64,000 nucleotides of DNA, taken from the NCBI RefSeq assembly GCF_009914755.1, contig NC_060926.1; one strand, written 5' to 3'. This document shows positions 12,116-26,133 of the stretch, one piece after another. Position 1 is the first letter of the stretch. Each line of letters opens with the position of its first letter. Made by a program: the position numbers and the translations under genes. The notes beneath the pieces are model-generated. The model saw nothing but the letters and a program-made list of their open reading frames with translations. It searched no databases and was not told the DNA's origin. This stretch comes from the human T2T-CHM13v2.0 reference genome, Homo sapiens.

Positions 12116-12492
12116 TGTCAGGCCTCTGAGCTCAAGCCTGCACGTATACATCCAGATGGCCTGAAGTAACTGAAGAATCACAAAAGAAGTGAAAATGGTC
12201 AGTTCCTGCCTTAACTGATGACATTACCTTGTGAAATTCCTTCTCCTGGCTCATCCTGGCTCAAAAGCTCCCCCACTGAGCACCCTGTGACCCCCATCCC
12301 TGTCCACCAGAGAACAACTCCCTTTGACTGTAATTTTCCACTACCCACCCAAATCCTATAAAATGGCCCCACCCCTATCTCCCTTCGCAGACTCTCTTTT
12401 TGGACTCAGCCCACTGCACCCAGGTGAAATAAACAGCCTTGTTGCTCACACAAAGCCTGTTTGGTGCTCTCTTCACACGGACGCGTGTGACA
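12116..12492 (+). mobile_element. Solo HERV-H LTR (LTR7 family)
   Basis: TGTCAGGCCTCTGAG...CCAAATCCTATAAAA...GAAATAAACAGCCTTGTTGCTCACACAAAGCCTGTTTGGTG...TGACA; TG..CA ends; 5-bp TSD cttta/cttca. Confidence 0.95.
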
Positions 12493-13988
12493 CTTCATGA
12501 TTACTTTTATTTGGACAAAGAGAAACCCTTGAATAATGAAGGTTCTCACATATAAAATGTGCTTTTAATTTTTAATACCTTACAAAATTATCAGATTAAA
12601 TGACGTGGTAAAAAGTCATATGTAGGTTAACATCAGATGTTATCGTTCATTGCATCTTCTGGTCAGATAATACTGAGGTTATTGAAATATACAATGGCCT
12701 CAAATGCATTAAGAGCAAAAATAAAAAATTTCCCACTAGTTAGCAATTTAAAAAAAGTTGTCAAAATAATTGTTTCCTGATAATATCTACCAGAAGCATT
12801 TATGCTCTCATAGACAAATTAATATCAGCCATTGGGGAGGCCTCTCATAACTGGAGTGTCCTTGCTTGAACGCTACTGCTGAGAGCCACGAAGCAAAGCG
12901 AGCATGGCAGGTAGTTAGTCCAAGAATAAATTCAAATAACATAAAATAAAAATAAAATAAAACCTGTTATGGACTACAAGTAAGAGGCAGTGTCTATTTG
13001 CTGAAATTCAATCCAATTACTTTATTGTCCCAGGATTTTGTTTTTTAATTTTCATCTCCTTATAAATGTTTCCTCATAGTCATTTGGTAGCAGCATATTT
13101 ATGTTCACTTTTATCCAATACAGGCTGCAAATATGCCCTTCACTTGACCCGGTCTATTAACTTTGAAATGCCTAAAGCCAAAACTGACAGTGGAAGAAAA
13201 TCTTTCTGGGTTGTAGTTCCAAACTGTTGGAATAAAGCTACCTGCTTCAGTAAAAATGCATAGGCGTATTACTTTTCTTTCAGGAAATGTTAAGCTTTCC
13301 TTGAAATTAAAAAAAAAAAAGATTTTAGAATTAAATGTAGGAAAACTCAATTTCTCAATTCTTATTTTCAATATGCTTTATCTGTACTATGTTTAAGAGT
13401 ATACAACACCTATGCTAGTGTAAATGTGGGCCCCAGGAGTCTTAATCATATTAAAAATTTTGGAGTTTCTTGTCCTAGTATATATTTGCTAATAAACTTC
13501 CATTGCTTTCAGAGATACAAAAATTTCTCCTGGTTATTTGCTGTTTTTACTTTTAAGAACCAAGTGAAAATTTGAATGGCTACTGTATTTTATAATTAAT
13601 GTTAATATTCATAGGGTATAAAAATATGTTTTTCTAGCTCTAATCCAGTTATATAGCTTCTATTATTATTTTTTACTTTCTCCTGTGCCTTATAGAAATC
13701 TGCCATCAAAACCAAGTCACTGGCCCTACCACATTTGCTACAACTCTGATATTCCACATTTTACAAAGGTAAAGGAATTGAGCCTTTATGATTCTCATCC
13801 ATATGAGGTTTATCCAAAATAAGGGAATCCAGGAGCTGAGCAATTAGCTGTGCACCTTATCTTACTTGCTTTCTTACTTTCTACTTTCCCAAGGTATCAA
13901 CACCTTTGTCTACTTTCTACCTTTATAATTTATTCTTTTGACTCTTGAAGACATATGGTCTTCAATAATCTTTATTTAAAAAAAAAAT

Positions 13989-14523
<535 letters not shown>

Positions 14524-15344
14524 TCACAAATAATCAAAGACAGAATTTGAGGAAGGATGGAGGAGGTTATAGGAGAGGCAAAAATGTCCTTAAGAAAAGA
14601 GGAACAAGTGCTTCAAGACAATTTTGCATAGCACAGACACAGCACTTAGTAGTCCCTATACCTCCCGTTTTGGCTTTTTCAAACCCAAATTCCCTACAAA
14701 ATCCAGAGGATCAACAAAGGCGCTTGTCTCATCATCTCCCTTCTATGCTCAGTTGACTGCAGGAGTCCTCATTGCCTGCAGTGTCTGCCCCACAGTGGGT
14801 TCTGAAAGACAGTAATAGTCTCATGAAATGCCGTGGAATTAAAAGATTCAGTGATCCAAAAACTATGGGGGAACACTGAAAGCTGTATCTCTCTCTTAGA
14901 GATTTACAATACATGCTAGTATTTTAAGGACTCTGGAAAATCCTGGTAAAAAGGACTCTGTATAAAATGTGTTCAGCTGAGTTTCTTAAGGTGACTATGG
15001 AGCCGTTGTATTAAGGCCCAACCAGGAAGCACAATTTGGGAAATCCTGACCTTTAGGTGGAAGGGCACATGCATTAGCATGGCCGTCAAAGCCCCCCACT
15101 CCACACTAGCCTCCCTCATGCCTCTGCTCCCCAGCTTTGTACCTTGCTCTTCAGCAAGACTGAATTTGCTATCCTCTGACCACACACGCAGCTGGGTTCC
15201 ACTGCCAACATTCTTGCAAGCTGCCTTTTCTACCATGAGTGCTCTGCCCCATGCCATGGGCCTGCCCCTCCTACTTACAGGCTTACTTCAGCTGGTTTAG
15301 GTGTTCTGTGGCCCTTCCTGAGAAGCTCTTGTGAGACTTCTTGT

Positions 15345-15540
15345 GTGTGAATACTGCCTCTGCCATTCACTCAGTGTGACCTTGGGCGAGTCACTTAACA
15401 TCTTTGCCTCTCAGCATTATCCACACAGTGAGGGTATAAACAGTACCTACCTCATGGGGTTATGGAGAGGACTGACTTCATCAATACATATAGCGAGCTT
15501 AGAGCCAGGCTCCACACATGGTTAAGTACTCATAGGATGT
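15345..15540 (+). mobile_element. MIR
   Basis: TGTGACCTTGGGCGAGTCACTTAAC core; ACAGTACCTACCTCATGGGGTT. Confidence 0.8.
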
Positions 15541-15579
15541 CATGAATGCTGTGGTCCCCTGTGCATGTCTTTACCATTG

Positions 15580-15715
15580 CACACTGTTGTATTATCCTTA
15601 TCTCCTTATGCATCTATATTCCCCATCCAATTATATTCTACTTGAACATTAGGGCTGTGTACTATTTATCTTTTTTTTTGATCTTTGGTGTCTAGCACAT
15701 AGTAGGCAATCAATG
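15580..15715. mobile_element. L2 3' end
   Basis: GTGTCTAGCACATAGTAGGCAATCAAT terminus. Confidence 0.55.
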
Positions 15716-17264
15716 AAATCCAATAATGACTTTATCTAATAAAAATTGATCAAACTTAATGAAATATGTTAAACCTATGGTCTGGGTAAACTTGGAATAT
15801 TTTATAGTGCTAGAAAATCTCAGCTACGGCCACTGAGGTGAGCTATCTGTTTATAATTTGCTTATAGTAATACCAATACCAAAGCACATATTCAGTCCAC
15901 AACCATCTGTTTCAACATGTTAGTGCACATATGAGGAAGCTAATGTTGCCTTCAGAAATTGCTAGGGGAGATAAAAAAAAAAGTATGAGACAATTTCTCT
16001 GGTCTCTTTCATCTATAAAAGTCTGTGGTCCTATGATTGATGAGCCAGCACAGAGCAGATTAGAAAACTGAAGAACAGTCAGAGTCAATTTGTAGATGCC
16101 CTTCAATTTCGTGATAAGACAATAGCAGTGATTATTGTCTCTTGCTTATTTGTTCCTTAATTGGAAGTAATACATCGTAAAATAAAAAGCACAAATAATA
16201 AAATCCTTATTTTAGTTCCTTATATTTCTCTTGGCTACAAATATTTCTTTTAATTAAAAAATATTATGCTAAATTATTTTTCAGTTGGTTAATCATTAGA
16301 ATTTAGCAAGTAATTTTGGTCTACCTTAGTAACGTTTGGAAATTTGAAGGTGAGATTGTCTTTAAATAAATTATTTTTGGTTACAAAATTAATTGCTGTG
16401 TAGAAGTTTGAAAACAATGCAGTCTTTTGGGGCAGTTTTCTGACTTTTCTGTACTTGATTTTTTTTCTGACCTTCCATTAATAAACTATTTTATCATAAT
16501 TTATGTTCTTAATGTCAATATATTTAACACATTTCCCAAAATAAATGAATATAAGTATATAATGTTAATTATTGATAAGTATTTATCAAAAGACATACTA
16601 GGTTTGACCAAAACATCTAAGTGGACAACACCTAAATTAATGATTTGTTTCCTTAAAATCATTTCTGGCTATCTCTCAAATGACCAGTGAAGTAACTTTT
16701 CTACAAAACCCTACTTGAAAGTTATTTCTTTTTCTAAATTGTTTCCATAGACGAAGCCACTAGGGTATCATTTAGTATGCTAAAAGTCATGTGCTATATT
16801 CTAAATATTGCCCCAATGATCTGAAAGAGTTCATATTTGTCTCTCAAAATGCCCCCTATCTTTACATGGAAAGAAGGAAATACGATAGCCTTTGACTTTA
16901 TCTACCTGTCCATAACATTATACGTATGGTAAGTAATCGATGATCCTTTAATAACTAATTTTTTAAAAGAATTAAAACCAAATGATTTGGCTTTAAAAAT
17001 CATGGTAGCATCAATTTTTATGTAATAAATGAAAACTACCTAGATTGCTATGCCATGGTTTGAATGAATTTTAATTAAAATAGCTTAATTGTATGTGTCT
17101 GACACTAGATAGCAAGAATTATTTCTTTTTCACAATGCAGATATGGATATATAAAATTTTAATGTGCTACATCAGTGCTGTAGTTTGAATTAATATCCAA
17201 ATGTCTAGCTAGATTAAAGCAATGTTTTAATTGTATCACAAATATTAATTAACATAATTCTCAT

Positions 17265-17445
17265 AACCGCACTATTGTTGCCCCATGTTCTAGATAAGGA
17301 AATGGAGGAATAGATTGTTTAAATAACTTAAAAAGAAAGTTAGTGATAGAAATACAGAATACAAAGAACTGAGGGCAGAGTTGATGTATAAACCATGATT
17401 TTCCAATTCCAGAGCTTGTATTCTTTCCTCTAAATCGCACCACTT
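17265..17445 (-). mobile_element. MIR relic
   Basis: ATTCTCATAACC...ATTGTTGCCCCATGTTCTAGATAAGGAAATGGAG...TTAAATAACTT. Confidence 0.6.
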
Positions 17446-18558
17446 CCTTAGAATGGCATTTTGGTTGGGGTTTACATTTGGATTTGGCATCACGTGGTCC
17501 CCAAAGCTATCCATACTATGGGCTTTACCTCATTTTCCTCTTACCTGCCGACTTTCTCTGTGATTCATAATCACTCAGTTTCTTGCTTATTATCTAATTG
17601 CCAATTTTCTTTTTACTTTCCAATTCGACTTTTGTTTATTAGATTTTTGTAAACTTGGATAACATTGTCCTTCAATTTAAAATAAAATCACCTTAATTTT
17701 TCTTTTTTCGAAAAAAGTTTACCTTGATAAATTGAGCTGTGAATACTTTTTTACTATCACAATGTATGTAGTCAAAAATATGCTGCCCAACACACTTTAT
17801 AGGATCCAGTCCTTATAGGTAAAGGCTTTTCCAGAACTGAGTTAATGGAATGGAAGAAGCACCGTTGTTTTTTCATATTTCCCTGTGTAACTGCCATACT
17901 TTATAATTAACTTCTGGAAAGCCTGCACAATAAAGTTGCAATATATATTTCCTCCGATTTTATGTATATTAAGATTAAATATTATACATTATGTGTCAAG
18001 ATTGTTTTCTGTTGTGTCTTTTCATTTTATTTTAGATTTAATTTCCTCAAACTTCAATATTAGAATATTCAAATAAACATATGTACCTCTATTCATAAAT
18101 GCCTTTTTATTTCTGATAGCCTACAGATAACTTGAGAATACCAAAAAAATGAATATTTAAACCAGAACTCATTCCCAGAAGCAGAATTGTGTACATGTGT
18201 GCATGCACATGTGTGTGTATGTTTGCATGTACTAATCTGCTTAAGTATGAGTTTTAAAACACCACATTTTAATCTTTACTCACGATACCACTGAGAAGTT
18301 TATATTCAATATATCTATTAAATAATAACAGCACTGGACTAAGAAGCTCTGAAAAAGAGAGGTATGTAAAGGAAACAGTCTACATCTCAGAAGAATATAA
18401 CATTGTTCTAAATCCACACAAATGATTCCATTTGACTGATAAAAGTCATTGCGGTTCAAAGAGATTTCCAAGGCTTCAAACACAGTTGTCAGTGTAGCCA
18501 TGGTCCTAAGGCGCTGTGTTCCAGGAGCAATAAGTACCCACTCATTTGTTCATTTTCC

Positions 18559-18856
18559 TTTTTTTTTTTTTTTGAGACAGAGTCTCTTTCTGCCACCCAG
18601 GCTGGAATGCAGTGGTGTGATCTCTGCTCACTGCAACCTCCGCCTCCAGGGTTCAAGCGGTTCTCCTGATTCAACCTCCTGAGTAGCTGGGACTACAGGC
18701 GCCTGCCACCTCACCTGACTAATTTTTGTACTTTAAGCAGAGACAGGGTTTCACCATGTTGGCCAGGCTGGTCTTGAACTCCTGCCCTCAAGTGATCCAC
18801 CCGCCTCGGCCTCCCAAAGTGCTGGGATTACAGACGTGAGCCAGTGCACTTTGTCC
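18559..18856 (-). mobile_element. Alu (AluSx/Sz-like), full length
   Basis: Complete antisense dimer; TSD tgttcattttc at 18547-18557 and 18860-18870. Confidence 0.96.
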
Positions 18857-19034
18857 ATCTGTTCATTTTCTTGATGTAAACTCAAATTAAAACAGATTAC
18901 TTTCATTTGCTCTTCTGTTTCTTCTGTAACTGCAGTGAGCCACAGAACTTAACATCCCTCTCAACATGATCTCCTGTTCCACTCATGGAAGTGAGGACTG
19001 GAAACCAAGAAATCCTGAAAAAATATCTCAGCTT

Positions 19035-19235
19035 GATGCAATGGGGTGGCAGGGTGCAACAGAACAGTACAGAGCAAGAGGTAGCGTGAGGCAAAAAAGT
19101 GGCATGAGGCAATAAAGTGGCATGCTGTAATAAAGTGGCATGATGCAATGGGGGCATGATGCAATAGGTTGGCATGATGCACTGGAGCACCATGAAGGCA
19201 TAAGGGGAGGCAGAATGCCATGTGGTAGCATAATG
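19035..19235. repeat. Degenerate ~18-bp tandem repeat with GGCATGATG core
   Basis: gaggcaaaaaagtggcat / gaggcaataaagtggcat / gctgtaataaagtggcat / gatgcaatgggggcat / gatgcaataggttggcat. Confidence 0.85.
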
Positions 19236-19944
19236 TTCTATCGGTTTGTGTCCGTACACCTGCCTGCCTCCAATGCCCCTTAGCATTCCTGAAGTTCCCC
19301 GACTCTCCTTTTTTTCCTTAGCCTTGCTTGCTAATTTGTCTGTTCTTTCTTCATTCATCAGTTCATGTCTAGCTGCTTCATGTCAGAACGCTAGAACTCT
19401 GTACGATGCCTTGCAGAAATCTCACTTGTGGGAGCAGACAGAATGGACAGGCTGTATGAATTCCTCATAAGTAGCGTGGAGACCTTGGGCCTCCCCAGCC
19501 TTGCTTAATAATTTCATGGAGTAGAGATGACGGATGCCAGCTCACAGATTTGTTTTGAGTGCTAAATGCAGAGCAACCAGCCTTGGAGAGCTTCTTGGGA
19601 ATCTTTGGTTCCTCTTGCCCTTTCAGGAAAGGATGAATGTGTGTAAACAAAGAAACAAAATTTGAGCAGGTTTGAGGCTGCAGGGTGAAGGCATTTCTTT
19701 CAGTTGGCTCTGGGAGCACCTGCAGACCTCGAATCCTTCACTCTTCCTCCTTTCTTCCAAGAACTCACTACGCTTTCCATCCTCCTTTCCTCCATGAGAC
19801 AAAGCACCCTCCAGAATGATGCTAAGTGCAGTACCTCCATGCTCAAAAGCTGCTGATATCAACATTGGCCTGTTAATAAAATATGGAACCTTCAGACTGA
19901 CTCTCCAGGTTCTATGTGCACGCCAGCTTGGGCACAGTCCTCAC

Positions 19945-20130
19945 CGCTGCCCGGCGGGTCCTCCCTGTCCTTACCAAACTGTGCTGCTTGCCATCCTCTG
20001 AATATGGCCCCACATGTGCTTCTGCTCTGCCCAGCCATCCACTGGAGGGGTATCTCATCGTCCCACCTCCGCCCAAGGAAAACCTGCCTGCTCTCAGAAC
20101 CTGCCTCAGTCCGTCAGGTTGATGAAGTCT
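19945..20130 (-). promoter_or_regulatory. GC/CpG-enriched patch; candidate alternative promoter or first exon
   Basis: GC box GGGCGG on the minus strand near 20070; minus-strand donors TTG|gtaagg (19975) and GCG|gtgagg (19945). Confidence 0.35.
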
Positions 20131-20339
20131 AATTTGGTTCAGCTTTCAGAGATTCCTGGTAGTTTTAAACTGAAAAGTTCATAAGTGTTGTGGGGGCCAT
20201 TGCCATTTCACCTCGGAGATGAGATAACTGATGTTCAGATCTAAAAGATTCTAAGAGAGTCGCACTCTGCTAAGTCCCATAGCATTTTAGGGAAAACTAC
20301 TAAATATATTGAAGATACTTGTGTACATTTATTAGTTCC

Positions 20340-20717
20340 TGTTATGGGCCGAATTTTGTCTCTCTTCTCCGGGTAAATTCATGTTTGAAGCCCTAATTTC
20401 AATGTGACTGTATTTGGATATACAGCCTTTAAAGGGTGTAATTAAGGCTAAATAGGTTCATAAGGGTGGGGCCTAATCCAATAGGACTGATATCCTCATA
20501 AGAAGAGGAAGAGACCTCAGGGACGCTTGAGCACAGAGGAAAGGCCACGTGAGGGCAGACAAGGCAGCATCTGCCAGGCAATGAGAGAGGCCTCAGGAGA
20601 AACTGCAGGCACCTTGATCCTGGACTTCCAGACTCCAGAACTGTGAGAGAATAAATGTCTGTTGTTTAAGGACCCCAGTCTGTGATACTCATTATGGCAG
20701 ACCTAGTTGACAAATAC
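20340..20717 (+). mobile_element. MaLR LTR (MLT1A/B-like), solo
   Basis: TGTTATGGGCCGAATT...GGGTGGGGCCTAATCCAATAGGACTG...CACCTTGATCCTGGACTTCCAGACTCCAGAACTGTGAGAGAATAAAT. Confidence 0.9.
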
Positions 20718-20831
20718 GGCTCACCTATGAAATGTAAAGCTCCATCATGCAGTCTTTGAATCTCCCAGGGTTCTGAGATATGATTTAATAAATATTTGTA
20801 GAATGACAAAATTTTATCTGTGATGACTATG

Positions 20832-20832
<1 letters not shown>

Positions 20833-20879
<47 letters not shown>
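20833..20879. repeat. (CA)23 microsatellite
   Basis: Direct reading. Confidence 0.98.
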
Positions 20880-20881
<2 letters not shown>

Positions 20882-23269
20882 CTTTAGGCCACCCACTGTG
20901 TCACATTCCTCTCCCTTCTTTCCTTGAAAGCACTGCTTCCAAGGAAAGAATAATCACTTTACTTGGAAATAAATTATCCTCTAAATTAGAAATATGTGCC
21001 TTTCAAAATTTGAATATCAATCTCTGTAGGTGAATTTTATCTCCCTTTATGCTTTACAAGTAGGTTTACTTGCCCCACGGAGTGCCACATTGGTCCAGAT
21101 AATAAATTAATACCATTTGATTGTAAATACAATATAAACCTTTTTGAAACAGGTCTCATTCTCAAGTTATTTGTTGTTTAGAAAAGTCTTATTTCAATGA
21201 CCAGAAACGTAAAACTGGTACTGTTTCAAACAGGCCTGCAACACACAATTTATCATTGAATAAAATGTATTTATATTATGGCCAAATGGATTATCATTGA
21301 AGCAGAAGTGATTGAGTGAAGTAGTTTAGAAAAATGTCTGGCTATTTAAAATAAATTTGAGAACTTTATGACATTGTTTTATTCATCAGAAAGAATTACA
21401 TGTAGATTTAAACAAAAAAATCAAGATTTTCAAAAGGAAATAAATGCCTTCTGCCAGATCTACCACACTTTAAGCCCTCTAAAACCAGCATATTCCTTAT
21501 TAGCTTCATTGCTCAGACCATGTTTATTTTCTAAGTGAATGGTATTACAGGGCTTGTGATCACAGTATTAAGACCTGAAGTATTATGACCATTACTATGT
21601 GGAACATATTTCTTTGGAGTCCAAAGATTTTCCACATGCATTAATTTCCCCCCTTTCTCAAATGTGTGCTCTGTGGCTATACCTCAGCTTCTTCATTGAT
21701 GTGAAGTATTTTGTTGTGTGTTTGTTGTGGGGGGGGGGGGTGGTGAGGGGAAGGGACATGTTTTATTTAGTAAATGTCACAAGGCCTAACAGCTCTCAGA
21801 GGTAATCAGATTTGGTAATGACTAAGCTGGATCAGTTTTTAAATGGTTAAAACAAACAAACAAACAAACAAAAAAGCAAATAAAAGCTCTCATGTTTTCT
21901 CATTACTTTAAGAATGCCAGCCAACCCCTGACAAAAGAATTTAAGGTAATATTTTTAAAATAGTAGTATCTTTTTTATATGTGCTCTGCCCTTTTTCAAT
22001 GTTATAAAATATCCCTGTGTTGACTTACTGTACATTGATTTTAATAGGCGTTCTCTACAGAGCAATATGAATATCATTGGAAACTGTATAATACAATTTT
22101 CTACCCCTGAAATGCTATAGAAAACTGCACATTTTATACTGACATGTGCCCCATCAATAATAGAGTTTTTATATCTTATTTGTAGCTATTGATCTCAACA
22201 GCATAATGAAAAATTGATTGTAGTGAAGTGCACCATTTCTTAAGTATAAATTTCAATGTCAAATTATTTTTATCTATGCTTCCCAATTATACATGGAACT
22301 TATACATTTATATATGTTTGCTTCCACAAAACTCTACTGCAATAAATTAGATATGACAAGAATCTACTGAGTCAATAGAAACCATGTTTCTTTCACTAAA
22401 ATATGATTCCAAAATTAAATATGCTAGTTTGATACTAGTTTCATTTCATCATTATGAAGAGAATTAATGCCTCAATATATAGGTATCACCTTCCCATGCA
22501 ATTTAAAAATTTTAAATGAGGTCTTAAATCTTCTGGGGATATAAATACACACACATGCACACACACGTACAGAAAAAACTATGTACCCAGAAATCCATGC
22601 ATTCATTTGGTAGTCCACATGATACTTTAAACAAGGTGCCTGTTTTTTCTTATCTCTTGATACCTTATTATTTTAGAGGGAACATTCTGCTAGGAAAATC
22701 TACAGGTATAGGTCTGATAAAAAGTAAGAGGTGAATCATTTCTGCTCTTCAACAGTGATCCACAAGTCCAATATTACAGACAGAGATGAGTGAGGGTAGA
22801 AATCCACTAATCTAAACATAATCTACAAACAGGAAGCAAAAGATCCAGAGATGAGAAAAAAATATTTCTTAAGTTAACTTGTCCTTTCATGTTATTTTGA
22901 ATTGAAACCATTAGTAAAAAGTTTTTACAGTTTTTCTCTGAGCTATGTAAGTGTAAACATAACTATATTATTCAATAAAATATATTAATCTCACAAAAGA
23001 AAGTCTGAAACATATGTGTATTCCTCTGGATAAAACACTTTTTTCAGCATTTATGCTGAGATAGTAATATTCATAGTATGGTAATAATAGTAATAATATT
23101 ATGATCATGTGCCCTGCAGAAATGATAATCAGCCTCACTCACACTCATTAATAATAAAATATGGAAAATTATTTTGCCCTTTCAATCTCTGCATGGGTTT
23201 ATAACATCCTTGAATTAACAGCAGCTATTTGGCAGTAGGGTTTTGGAGGGGTAGAGTATTATTCATTTT

Positions 23270-23600
23270 TAAAAACAGATTTATTGAAATTTAATTCATA
23301 TACTATAAAATAGATCTCTTTGTATTTTACAATTAAGTGGTTTCGACAAATCCACAGAATTTTGAAACCATCACACAATCGAATTTTAGAACATTTTCAT
23401 TATCCCTAAAGGATATCCTAGATCTATACCCAGCCACTCCCTTAACCCTCCGCCTCTGCCAGTCAATAAACTATGTGCTTTTTCTCTCTATGGGCTTGCC
23501 AACTTTGGACATTTCATATAAATGGAATTATACAATATGTGACCTTTTGTGTCTGGCTTCTTTCACTTATCACAATGCTTTCAAGATTCATCCATGTTAT
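23270..23600 (-). mobile_element. Old L1 (L1MB-like) 3' end, left part
   Basis: TTTATTGAAATTTAATTCATATAC...TTTTAGAACATTTTCAT...GGACATTTCATATAAATGGAATTATACAATATGTGACCTTTTGTGTCTGGCTTCTTTCACTTA. Confidence 0.85.
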
Positions 23601-24721
23601 CTAGCCCTAAACGCCTACATCAAAAAGCCTGAAAAAGCACAAACTGACATTATAAGGTCACACCTCAAGGAATAGAGAAACAAGAACAAACTAAAACCAA
23701 ACCCAGCAGAAGAAGGAAAATAACCAAGATCAGAGCTGAACTAAATGAAATTGAAATAAAAAAATACAAAAGATAAATGAAACAAAAAGCTGACTCTTTG
23801 AAAGATAAATAAAATTGGTAGACCATTAGCAAGATTAACCAAGAAAAGAAGAGAGAAAATCCAAATAACCTCACTAAGAAATGAAACAGGAGATATTACA
23901 ACTGACACCACTGAAATACAAAAGATCATTCAAGGCTATGACGAACACACTTATGCACATAAAGTAGAAAACCTTGAAGGGATGGATAAATTGCTGGAAA
24001 AATACAACCCTCCTAGATTAAATCAGGAAGAATTAGGCACCCTGAACAGACCAATAACAAGCTATGAGATGGAAATGATAATTAAAAAATTACTAACGAA
24101 AAAAGCCCAGGACCAGATGGATTCACAGCAGAGTTCTACCAAACATTCAAAGAAGAATTGGTACCAATCCTTTTGGCACTATTCCACAAGACAGAAAAAG
24201 AAGGAATCCTCCCTAATTCATTCTATGAAGCCAGCATCACCCTAATACCAAAACCAGGAAAGGACCAACCAAAAAAGAAAACTACAGACCAATATCTTTG
24301 ATGAACATAGATGCTAAAATACTTAACAAAATACTAGCTAACCAAATTCAACAAAATATCAAAAAGGTAATCCACAATGATCAAGTGGGTTACATACCAG
24401 GGATGCAGGAATGGTTTAACATACAGAAGTCAATAAATGTGATACACCACATAAACAGAATTAAAAATAAAAAACCACGTGATAGTCTCAATAAATGCAC
24501 AGAAAGCATCAGACAAAATCCATCATCCCTTTATGATTAAAACTCTCAGCAAAATCAGCATACAAAGGATATATCTTAATGTAATAAAAGCCATCTATGA
24601 CAAACCCACAGCCAACATAATACTGAAAGGAGAAAAGCTGAAAGCATTCCATCTGAGAACTGGAACAAGATAAGGATGCCCACTCTCATCACTCCTCTTC
24701 AATGTAGTACTGGAAGTCTTA

Positions 24722-25075
<354 letters not shown>

Positions 25076-25833
25076 AAAAGGGCATCCAAATCTGTAAAGA
25101 GGAAGTCAAACTGTCACTGTTAGCTGATATGATCATTTACCTTAAAAACCCTAAAGACTCCTCCAGAAAGCTTCTAGAACTGATGAAAGAATTCAGCAAA
25201 GTTTCCGGATATAAGATTAATATACACAAATCAGTAGCCCTCGTATACACCAACAGTGACCAAGAGGAGAATCAAATAAAGAACTCAACCCCTTTTACAA
25301 CAGCTGAAAAAAATAAAATAAAATGCTTAGGAATATTCCTAACCAAGAAGTCCAAAGACCTCTACAAGGAAAACTACAAAACACTGCTGAAAGAAATCAT
25401 AGATGACACAAACGAATGGAAACACATCCCATGCTCATGGATGGATAGAATCAATATTGTGAAAATGACCATACTACCAAAAGCAATCTACAAATTCATC
25501 GCAATCCCCATCAAAATACCACCATCATTCTTCACAGAACTAGAAAAAAACATTCTAAAATTCATATGAAACCAAAAAAGAGCCAGCATAGCCAAAGAAA
25601 TACTAACCAAAAAGAACAAATCTGAAGGCATCACACTACCTCATTTCAAACTATACTATAAAGCCATAGTCACCAAAACAGCATGATACTGGTATAAAAA
25701 TAGGCACATAGACCAATGGAACAGAATAAAGAACCCAGAAATGAACCCAAATACTTACAGCCAACTGATCTTCAACAAAGCAAACAAAAACATAAAGTGG
25801 GGAAAGGACACCCTTTTCAACAAATGGTGCTGG

Positions 25834-26133
25834 GGCTGGGCATGGTGGCTTAGTGCTATAATCTCAGCACTTTGGGAGGCCAAGAAGGGTGGACCACATG
25901 AGGCCAGGAGATTGAGACCAGCCTGGCCAAAGTGGTGAAACCTCATCTCTACTAAAAAATACAAAAATTATCTGGGTGCAATGGCGCATGCCTGTAGTTC
26001 CAACTACTCAGGAGGCTGAGGCAGGAGAATCACTTCAGTCCAGGAGGTGGAGGTTGCAGTGAGCCAAGATTGCACCACTGCATTCAATCCAGGTGACAGA
26101 GCAACACTCCGTCTCAAAAAAAAAAAAAAAAAA
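25834..26133 (+). mobile_element. Alu (AluS/J-like) inserted in L1PB
   Basis: Full dimer; TSD aaatggtgct on both sides. Confidence 0.95.

Noticed and set aside
18903-19358. 151-aa ORF with HATLL repeats
   Set aside because: Translation of the 18-bp tandem repeat; no coding evidence
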